This document shows, piece after piece, positions 1 through 7,777 of a stretch of 37,477 bases of DNA. Both the position numbers and the translations under genes were made by a program. Every line of letters begins with the position of its first letter. The first letter of the stretch is position 1. The notes beneath the pieces were generated by a model. The model made no database searches, was not told the DNA's origin, and worked only from the letters and a program-made list of their open reading frames with translations. The stretch lies in the NCBI GenBank assembly GCA_018267535.1, contig JAFDYH010000021.1, forward strand, positions 1-37,477. Direction: 5' to 3'. Source of the DNA: Bacteroidota bacterium. GTDB taxonomy: Bacteria > Bacteroidota > Bacteroidia > Chitinophagales > Chitinophagaceae.

Positions 1-1398
1 CTTCGTTCGCAGGAGAGGTACCAGCCAAACTGGGAATCGCTTAAAAAGTATAAAACGCCTGACTGGTTCCGCGATGTCAAATTCGGCATCTTTATTCACT
101 GGGGTGTTTATTCGGTTCCTGCATTTGGCTCCGAATGGTACCCGAGAGAAATGTACAGGGAAGGTACCCCCGAGTTTAAACATCATGTTGCCATATATGG
201 CCCGCAGAATAAGTTTGGATACAAGGATTTCATTCCTATGTTTAAAGCGGAAAAATTTAACGCGGATGAATGGATTGATTTATTTAAAAAAGCCGGGGCA
301 AAATATGTAGTGCCGGTTGCAGAACATCATGATGGGTTTGCAATGTATAAAACGAGTTTATCCAAATGGAATGCTGCAGAGATGGGTCCGAAAAGAGATG
401 TGATTGGCGAATTAGCTGCTGCCACAAAAAAACAAGGACTGGTATTCGGCGTATCCTCTCATCGTATAGAGCACTGGTGGTTTATGAATGGTGGCCGGCA
501 TTTTGACTCAGATGTTAATGATCCGAAGTATGCTGACTTCTATGGTCCGGCAAGAGAAGAAAATGAAACGATGAGCCCGGAGTATATGAACGATTGGCTG
601 CTGCGGTGTACTGAACTGGTGAACAAATACCAACCACAATTATTCTGGTTCGACTGGTGGATAGAACAACCTGCACTTGATCCTTATCGTAAAAGTTTTG
701 CTTCGTATTATTATAACAAAGGTCTGGAATGGAATAAAGAAGTTGTGATCAATAATAAATATGATAAAGCATATCCCGAAGGCACTACTGTTTTAGATAT
801 TGAAAGAGGAAAACTCTCTGAGATACGCCAATTGCCCTGGCAAACAGATGATGCGGTGAGCTATAAATCGTGGGGCTATATTCCGCAGGATTCATTTAAA
901 TCAGTCAAGTATCTTGTAAATAACCTGGTTGATATTGTTAGCAAGAATGGTTGTTTATTATTAAATATAGGCCCGAAGCCAGATGGTACGATTCCTGATG
1001 AAGCAAAAGATCGCTTGTTGGGTATTGGTAAATGGCTCGATGTAAACGGGGAAGCTATTTATGGTACAAGGCCCTGGAAGATATATGGAGAAGGCCCTAC
1101 AAAAGTTGCCGGTGGCGCCTTCAGCGATGATAAAGACAAACCGTTTACAGCGGATGATGTTCGGTTTACTATAAAAGGAGATGAATTATATGCGATAGCG
1201 CTTGATCAACCCAAAAAAGATTTACAAATAAAAAATCTTTCGTTGACGGCGGGCAACGGCAAAATAAAATCAGTTGAGTTGTTGGGAAGTACAGATAAGA
1301 TAAGCTGGTCACAAACAAAAACAGCCCTTATTATCAAGCCATCTTCAAAATATCCAACTGAAAACGCGGTAACCTACAAAATAAGTATTGAAAAGTAA
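1..1398 (+). CDS. alpha-L-fucosidase, GH29 family (5' end outside window)
   Basis: Frame 1 is open from base 1 and reads ..YQPNWESLKKYKTPDWFRDVKFGIFIHWGVYSVPAFGSEWYPREMY.., which I recognise as the GH29 N-terminal signature. The M at 151 in the ORF track is therefore internal. The stop is at 1396-1398. Confidence 0.9.
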   Translation, partial: LRSQERYQPNWESLKKYKTPDWFRDVKFGIFIHWGVYSVPAFGSEWYPREMYREGTPEFKHHVAIYGPQNKFGYKDFIPMFKAEKFNADEWIDLFKKAGAKYVVPVAEHHDGFAMYKTSLSKWNAAEMGPKRDVIGELAAATKKQGLVFGVSSHRIEHWWFMNGGRHFDSDVNDPKYADFYGPAREENETMSPEYMNDWLLRCTELVNKYQPQLFWFDWWIEQPALDPYRKSFASYYYNKGLEWNKEVVINNKYDKAYPEGTTVLDIERGKLSEIRQLPWQTDDAVSYKSWGYIPQDSFKSVKYLVNNLVDIVSKNGCLLLNIGPKPDGTIPDEAKDRLLGIGKWLDVNGEAIYGTRPWKIYGEGPTKVAGGAFSDDKDKPFTADDVRFTIKGDELYAIALDQPKKDLQIKNLSLTAGNGKIKSVELLGSTDKISWSQTKTALIIKPSSKYPTENAVTYKISIEK

Positions 1399-1410
1399 TC
1401 TCAATTTGTC

Positions 1411-2424
1411 ATGCAGACATTGGTATGTGTAGAACCGGGAAAATTTGAATACGGTACTGGTGAAATTATCAAACCGGGTAAAGGCGAATCATTACTACGA
1501 ATAAAGCGCATCGGCATCTGCGGTACCGATCTGCATGCGTTTGAAGGCACGCAGCCCTATTTTCAATATCCCCGGATATTAGGTCACGAATTATCGGCAG
1601 AATATGTGAAAGGAGATGCAGAGGGATTTCAGCCGGGAGAACTTGTAACTATCATGCCCTATTTCTATTGTGGCAAATGCATTGCCTGCCGGAATGGTAA
1701 AACCAATTGTTGCCAGAACATTAAGGTATGCGGTGTACACCAGGATGGAGGCATGCGGGAATACTTCACCGTTCCATCTTATTCATTGCTGCATAGTGAA
1801 GGATTGAATGAAGAGGCGTTGGCTTTAACAGAACCACTGGCCATCGGCGCCCATGCAGTAAGAAGAGCGGCTGTCCATCCGGGTGAGTTTGCCCTGGTAA
1901 TTGGCGCCGGTCCGATAGGATTGGGGATTATGGAGTTTTTAAAAATAGCCGGTGCACAGGTAATTGCTATGGATGTAAATGAAAAACGGCTTTCTTTCTG
2001 TAATGAGAAACTGGATATTCCTTTCTGTATAAACCCGGCAAAAGATGATGCAACAGGGTGTTTAAAAGAAATTACAAATAGTGATATGCCCACTATTGTT
2101 ATAGATGCGACAGGAAATTTAAAAGCTATTAACAGTGCTTTTCAATATATGGCGCACGGTGGAAAATATGTATTGGTGGGCTTGCAGAAAGAAATGATCA
2201 GCTTTTCCCATCCGGAATTTCATAAACGGGAGGCTTCATTGATGAGCAGCAGGAATGCTACAAAAGAAGATTTTCTGCATGTAATCCGGAATATCAAAAA
2301 TGGTAAGATTGACGCTTCTGTCTATATCACGCACAGGGTAGGTTTCGATCAGGTAAAAGATAATTTTGAAAGCTGGCTAAGGCCTGAAACCGGTGTAATT
2401 AAAGCAATGGTTTCATTTGAATAG
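1411..2424 (+). CDS. zinc-dependent alcohol/sugar dehydrogenase, MDR family (RspB/YjjN-like)
   Basis: The ORF carries GICGTDLH and GHE catalytic-Zn motifs, a structural-Zn cysteine cluster (CGKCIACRNGKTNCC) and a GAGPIGLG Rossmann motif. It starts 12 nt after the fucosidase stop, so co-transcription is likely. Confidence 0.85.
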   Translation: MQTLVCVEPGKFEYGTGEIIKPGKGESLLRIKRIGICGTDLHAFEGTQPYFQYPRILGHELSAEYVKGDAEGFQPGELVTIMPYFYCGKCIACRNGKTNCCQNIKVCGVHQDGGMREYFTVPSYSLLHSEGLNEEALALTEPLAIGAHAVRRAAVHPGEFALVIGAGPIGLGIMEFLKIAGAQVIAMDVNEKRLSFCNEKLDIPFCINPAKDDATGCLKEITNSDMPTIVIDATGNLKAINSAFQYMAHGGKYVLVGLQKEMISFSHPEFHKREASLMSSRNATKEDFLHVIRNIKNGKIDASVYITHRVGFDQVKDNFESWLRPETGVIKAMVSFE

Positions 2425-2625
2425 TAACTTACTCAAAGCGCTGGTTATTAAGCAGCAGTTTCCGGATCATAGTACTGAAACAAATAAACAGGGTATTAAG
2501 TCCAGATTTGCTGCTCTAAGTATTAGTGCATAACTTTTCATGCGCAAACGATTGATTAAAATAAGGCAATAAAAGGGCATGCCTTAGCTATCTATTTTTT
2601 AACTTAGTAGGTCAATTCTTGCCGT

Positions 2626-4950
2626 ATGCGCCACCTGAGGACTCTGGTTGTTATTCTGACTTTATCTGTAGGAATAGTTTTCCTGTCGCAATCCTGTAAC
2701 AATAAAGATGGAAAATCCGGCTCATTGCCGAAGACAATCAGCTACAACTTTGATGTCCGCCCGATCCTGTCCGACAAATGTTTTGCTTGTCATGGCCCCG
2801 ATGCCAATAAACGCAAAGCCGAATTAAGATTGGATATCGCTGATTCAGCGTATGCCCCGTTGAAAGAAACAAAAGGTGCTTTTGCCCTGGTACCCGGTAA
2901 GCCAGAGGAAAGCGAAGTATTTAAACGCATCTCTTCTTCGGATCCTACATACCAGATGCCGGTTCCTGAATCTCATTTGGGTTTATTGACTGAATATGAA
3001 ATTGCTGTTATCAAAAAATGGATCAGGCAGGGAGCGAAATATGAAAAGCACTGGGCTTTTATTACTCCGGTAAAGCCGGCTTTGCCAGAAGTGGATAATA
3101 AAAAATGGGTGAAGAATGAAATTGACAATTTCATTCTTCAGAAAATGGAAAGCAAAGGATTATCGCCAAACGAAGAAGCGGATAAGGAAAGATTATTAAA
3201 ACGTGTTTCTGAAGATATTACCGGCTTACCGCCATCTATACAAATGATGGATGATTTCCTGAACGATCAATCGGATAATGCATATGAAAAAGTGGTGGAT
3301 CGTTTATTACAAAATAAAGCCTATGGAGAAAAGATGGCTTTGCATTGGCTCGATGTTTCCCGCTATGCTGATTCGTACGGATACCAGGATGACGATGTGC
3401 GCACTCAATGGCCCTGGAGAGATTGGTTGATCCATGCATTTAACGAGAATATGCCTTATGATAAGTTTATTACCTGGCAACTGGCGGGGGATATGCTACC
3501 AGGTGCTACCAAAGAGCAGGAACTCGCTACCGCTTTTTTGAGAAATCATAAGTACACAGAAGAAGGCGGGGTGATACCGGAAGAGTATCGTATTGAATAT
3601 ATTCTGGATAAGACAAAGACGTATGGCAAAGGGATCATGGGTATTACCATTGAATGCGCCCAATGCCACGATCATAAGTACGATCCTTTTAAACAAAAAG
3701 ATTACTATTCACTTTTTGCCTTTTTTAATAATTCAAATGAAATAGGTTATGAAGGAGCCGTAGGCTCTTCACAAGGTGCGAAAAAGCCGATCTTATTTAT
3801 TAATGATGAGGACAGGAAAAAGCTTTTAAGCTTCATTAATTTTAAAGATACCGGAAAATTACAGGTATCGGTAATGGGGGAAAGAGATACGCTTCGTAAA
3901 ACCTATATCTTAAACAGGGGTGTATACGACCAGCCAACAACTGAAGTAAGAGCCGCTGCTATCCCCGCTATAATGAAATTTGATACAGTGCAGTATCCGC
4001 GCAACCGCCTTGGACTTGCTGCATGGACGGTTAATAAACAAAACCCATTAACTGCACGTGTATTTGTTAACCAACTATGGCAGGAGCTCTTCGGAAGAGG
4101 AATTGTGAAGACGACTGGTGATTTTGGTATGCAGGGAGAATTGCCATCACATCCTGAATTACTGGATTGGCTGGCCGTTGATTTTATGGAGCATGGCTGG
4201 GATATAAAGCGACTGGTGAAACAGTTTGTGATGAGCGCAACCTATCGTCAATCCACAAAGGCTACGGAGGATAAATTAAAAATAGATCCTGAAAATGTCT
4301 ATCTCTCCAGGGGGCCACGGTTTCGCCTGCCTGCAGAATTTGTGCGTGACTTGGTTTTATCCAGCAGCGGGCTTTTGGTAAGAACGATTGGCGGCCCGAG
4401 TGTGAAACCTTATCAGCCAAAGGGCTTGTGGGAAGCGGCAACTTCCGGAAGGGGTCAATTAGCAACTTATAAACAAGACCATGGTGATTCTTTGTATCGC
4501 AGGGGGATGTACACCTTTATCAAATTAACAGTACCGCCACCGTCGATGATAATGTTTGATGCAAGTAATCGTGATCAATGTGAAGTCAAGCGGATTAAAA
4601 CAAATACCCCCTTGCAGGCATTAATCATGATGAATGACCCGACAGTATTGGAAGCATCAAGGGTATTGGCGCAAAAATTAATTACTGAACAAAGCAAGCC
4701 GGAAGATAAAATTACAAAAGCGTACAGGCTGATCGTTTGTCGTAAGCCATCTGATAAAGAGTTAAAAGTATTAATTGATTATTATACGGAGCAATTACAA
4801 TTATTTAAGGATAAAAAACTGGATGCAGCATTGACGCTGAAGGTTGGCGAATATAAAATGGACGAGAAGGCAGATACAAACAGTTCAGCGGCCATGATGA
4901 AAGTGATTGAGATGATGTATAATTTGGAAGAGACAATAACGAAGGGGTAG
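2626..4950 (+). CDS. PSCyt1/DUF1549/DUF1553 (PSD1) family lipoprotein with CxxCH motifs
   Basis: There is a signal peptide with a lipobox-like LSQSC. The planctomycete-type cytochrome c motif CFACHGPD is at 2779-2793. A DUF1549-like block (NEIDNFILQKM..GLSPN) follows. The DUF1553 hallmark ECAQCHDHKYDP is at 3654-3668. Confidence 0.85.
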   Translation: MRHLRTLVVILTLSVGIVFLSQSCNNKDGKSGSLPKTISYNFDVRPILSDKCFACHGPDANKRKAELRLDIADSAYAPLKETKGAFALVPGKPEESEVFKRISSSDPTYQMPVPESHLGLLTEYEIAVIKKWIRQGAKYEKHWAFITPVKPALPEVDNKKWVKNEIDNFILQKMESKGLSPNEEADKERLLKRVSEDITGLPPSIQMMDDFLNDQSDNAYEKVVDRLLQNKAYGEKMALHWLDVSRYADSYGYQDDDVRTQWPWRDWLIHAFNENMPYDKFITWQLAGDMLPGATKEQELATAFLRNHKYTEEGGVIPEEYRIEYILDKTKTYGKGIMGITIECAQCHDHKYDPFKQKDYYSLFAFFNNSNEIGYEGAVGSSQGAKKPILFINDEDRKKLLSFINFKDTGKLQVSVMGERDTLRKTYILNRGVYDQPTTEVRAAAIPAIMKFDTVQYPRNRLGLAAWTVNKQNPLTARVFVNQLWQELFGRGIVKTTGDFGMQGELPSHPELLDWLAVDFMEHGWDIKRLVKQFVMSATYRQSTKATEDKLKIDPENVYLSRGPRFRLPAEFVRDLVLSSSGLLVRTIGGPSVKPYQPKGLWEAATSGRGQLATYKQDHGDSLYRRGMYTFIKLTVPPPSMIMFDASNRDQCEVKRIKTNTPLQALIMMNDPTVLEASRVLAQKLITEQSKPEDKITKAYRLIVCRKPSDKELKVLIDYYTEQLQLFKDKKLDAALTLKVGEYKMDEKADTNSSAAMMKVIEMMYNLEETITKG

Positions 4951-5048
4951 CCAGAACCAAGATTTGGGTGGATGATTGGATTAATGGTAAAAGGGAATGG
5001 CTGTTAGCGGAAATGATTTTTCAGTTGACATTCTTTTAAAAGATAAAT

Positions 5049-6494
5049 ATGCAAAAAGAAGTTCTTGAACACGGATTGAATCTTAACCGCAGACGTTTTT
5101 TGTCTCGGTTAAGTTTGGGTATTGGTAGTGTTGCTTTAGGCTCATTACTAATTCCTGATTTGTTCAGCAAAGGCGAAGAAGAAATTGCAATGACGGGTTT
5201 GCCACATTTTGCACCAAAGGCAAAAAGGGTTATTTATCTTTTTCAAAATGGAGCTCCTTCGCAACTGGATTTGTTTGATTACAAGCCGTTGCTACAAAAA
5301 ATGCAGGGCGAGGATTTACCGGCAAGTATAAGAATGGGCCAGCGCTTAACAGGAATGACTGCAGACCAGAAAAAATTTCCGTTGGCAGGCACAATATTCC
5401 AGTTTGGTGAATATGGACAAGCCAGGGCGCATATCAGTGAGTTGTTGCCTTATACAGCAGGTGTTGTCGATGATCTTTGCATTATTAAATCATTATATAC
5501 AGAAGCAATTAATCACGATCCTGCTTTAACCTTCTTTCAAACAGGTGCGCAGGTAGGTAACCGTCCAAGCATGGGTGCATGGCTGAGTTATGGATTAGGA
5601 AGTGAAAATAAAAACCTGCCGGCATTTTGTGTATTGTTATCTAAAGGAAAGGGAAACGGGCAAGGGGTTTACTCGAAATTATGGTCGAATGGTTTTTTAC
5701 CTTCTATCCACCAGGGCGTGCAATTCAGTAGTGGTGAAAATCCTGTATTGTATTTAAATAATCCTGAGGCAATTGATAAAGCTGATAGGAGAAAAATGCT
5801 GGATAAGCTGAATGAACTGAATGAATCGTCTTATAAAGAGTTTGGTGATCCGGAAATCAATACCAAGATTCAGCAGTATGAAATGGCATATCGCATGCAA
5901 ACGGCAGTACCAGAGATAACGGATATGTCAAAAGAACCGGAATCCATTATAAAATTATATGGCCCTGAATGTTTAGTACCGGGAACTTATGCGGCAAATT
6001 GTTTGCTCGCAAGAAAGTTGAGTGAGAATGGTGTTCGCTTTGTACAATTATACCACCAGGGTTGGGATGCTCACGGTGATCTTCCAAACCAGATTAAAGG
6101 TCAGTGTAAAGACGTTGACCAGGCAAGTGCCGCGTTGATTACGGATTTAAAACAAAGAGGTTTATTGGATGAGACATTGGTAATATGGGGTGGAGAATTT
6201 GGCCGTACGAATTATTGCCAGGGAACCTTGACCAAAACTGATTATGGAAGAGATCATCATCCACGCTGCTTTACCGTTTGGATGGCAGGTGGTGGTGTGA
6301 AGCCCGGTGTTTACGGAGAAACCGATGATTTTGGCTATAACATCGCAAAAAATCCCGTGCATGTTCACGATTTTCATGCAACGATTTTATCCTTACTGGG
6401 ATTAAATCATGAACAATTAGTGTTTAAACACCTGGGAAGGAGATACAGGTTAACAGATGTATCGGGCAATATTGTGAATGGGTTAGTGGCATAG
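5049..6494 (+). CDS. DUF1501 domain protein (sulfatase/alkaline-phosphatase-like fold), Tat-exported
   Basis: A twin-arginine signal (NRRRFLSRLSLGIGSVALG) is present. The C-terminal GGEFGRT...GRDHHPRCFTVWMAGGG motif is typical of DUF1501. The gene sits directly downstream of the DUF1549/DUF1553 gene, which is the canonical pairing. Confidence 0.85.
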   Translation: MQKEVLEHGLNLNRRRFLSRLSLGIGSVALGSLLIPDLFSKGEEEIAMTGLPHFAPKAKRVIYLFQNGAPSQLDLFDYKPLLQKMQGEDLPASIRMGQRLTGMTADQKKFPLAGTIFQFGEYGQARAHISELLPYTAGVVDDLCIIKSLYTEAINHDPALTFFQTGAQVGNRPSMGAWLSYGLGSENKNLPAFCVLLSKGKGNGQGVYSKLWSNGFLPSIHQGVQFSSGENPVLYLNNPEAIDKADRRKMLDKLNELNESSYKEFGDPEINTKIQQYEMAYRMQTAVPEITDMSKEPESIIKLYGPECLVPGTYAANCLLARKLSENGVRFVQLYHQGWDAHGDLPNQIKGQCKDVDQASAALITDLKQRGLLDETLVIWGGEFGRTNYCQGTLTKTDYGRDHHPRCFTVWMAGGGVKPGVYGETDDFGYNIAKNPVHVHDFHATILSLLGLNHEQLVFKHLGRRYRLTDVSGNIVNGLVA

Positions 6495-6592
6495 AGAGAA
6501 TTAAGGTTCAGCAGGTTTGATGAATTGTTCCGGAAACAGTCTTTCTTAATATACAGGGGCATCGCAGATAATTCAGAATTAACTTTCATTGT

Positions 6593-7633
6593 TTGAATAT
6601 GAATCGCAGAAAATTTATAAAACAGACATCGTATGCAGCAGGCTTGTTTTGTGCGCCTGCTATTTTGCATAAGCTTCAGCCGGAAGATATAATCCTTGGG
6701 CATGGTAATAAACGGTATAAACTAAATACCCAATGGAGCCAGCTAAGCCCTGATCAGTATCCTGTTAAGGATTGCCATGAAATGGTGCAGGATAAATCGG
6801 GCCGCATTATTCTGCTCACTAATGAAACAAAGAATAATATTATCATGTATGATAAGAGCGGTAAGCTGATTAAAACATGGGGACATGAATACCCTGGCGC
6901 TCATGGGTTAACGCTATTCAATGAGAACGGAGAAGATTTTCTATATATCTGCGATAATAACCTGCACAAGGTTTTTAAAACCACTATTGATGGCCGGGTA
7001 TTGATGACCCTGGGTTATCCTAAAGAAACCGGTCAGTATGCGAAAGAAGAAGAGTATGTGCCAACAGAAACTATAATTGCATCTAACGGTGATATCTATG
7101 TTGCAGATGGTTATGGAAAAGATTTTGTAATACAATATGATGCTAAAGGAAAGTATATCCGCCATTTCTGTGGAAGGGGAGATGGTGATCAATATGTAGT
7201 AAATGCACATGGCATCTGTATTGACAACCGCGATAAAAAGAACCCGTGCCTGGTTGTTACTTCAAGAGTACAGAATGCATTCAAACGGTATACATTCGAT
7301 GGAAAGTATATCGACACTATTCCTTTACCGGGTGCATGGGTATGCCGCCCTGTAATTAACGGAGACTATTTGTATGTTGCCGTTTTGCAAACTGATTCGA
7401 GAAAAGACCAGAAGTCAGGTTTTGTACTGGTATTGGATAAAAACTATAAAGTTGTTTCCAATCTTGCCGGTAATCTTCCTTCCTATACCAATTCCCGGCC
7501 GGAAGTGATGGGACAGACTGTTCATGTATTTGATTACCCACATGATGTACTGATAGACGATGAGCAAAACATGTATGTGGCACAATGGAATTCAGGACAT
7601 GTGTATCCTTATAAATTATCACCTGTAGTGTAA
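6593..7633 (+). CDS. Tat-exported six-bladed beta-propeller (NHL-type), PAL-like
   Basis: The N-terminus has a Tat-like MNMNRRKFIKQ..AAGLF signal. The motif series AHGLTL..LHKVFK, ADGYGKDFVIQYD, AHGICID and YPHDVLIDDEQNMYVA matches the His/Tyr active-site motif series of the PAL catalytic core as I recall it. Confidence 0.7.
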   Translation: MNMNRRKFIKQTSYAAGLFCAPAILHKLQPEDIILGHGNKRYKLNTQWSQLSPDQYPVKDCHEMVQDKSGRIILLTNETKNNIIMYDKSGKLIKTWGHEYPGAHGLTLFNENGEDFLYICDNNLHKVFKTTIDGRVLMTLGYPKETGQYAKEEEYVPTETIIASNGDIYVADGYGKDFVIQYDAKGKYIRHFCGRGDGDQYVVNAHGICIDNRDKKNPCLVVTSRVQNAFKRYTFDGKYIDTIPLPGAWVCRPVINGDYLYVAVLQTDSRKDQKSGFVLVLDKNYKVVSNLAGNLPSYTNSRPEVMGQTVHVFDYPHDVLIDDEQNMYVAQWNSGHVYPYKLSPVV

Positions 7634-7777
7634 ATTTTCTTTGAACTAAATTTTTTCAATGAAGCCATCGTCACCAAACTCTTCCAGTCATATTGATTTT
7701 GTTTATCCAGGTAATGCATCAATTAGAAAGCAAAGGAATTAAGTTGTCTATTTATCAAATAAAAGTATATTGAGAGC

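Noticed and set aside
74-310. A 78-aa ORF at the start of the window.
   Set aside because: It lies in a different frame, entirely inside the GH29 fucosidase reading frame, which is open from base 1 with strong family motifs. It is a frame-shadow ORF.
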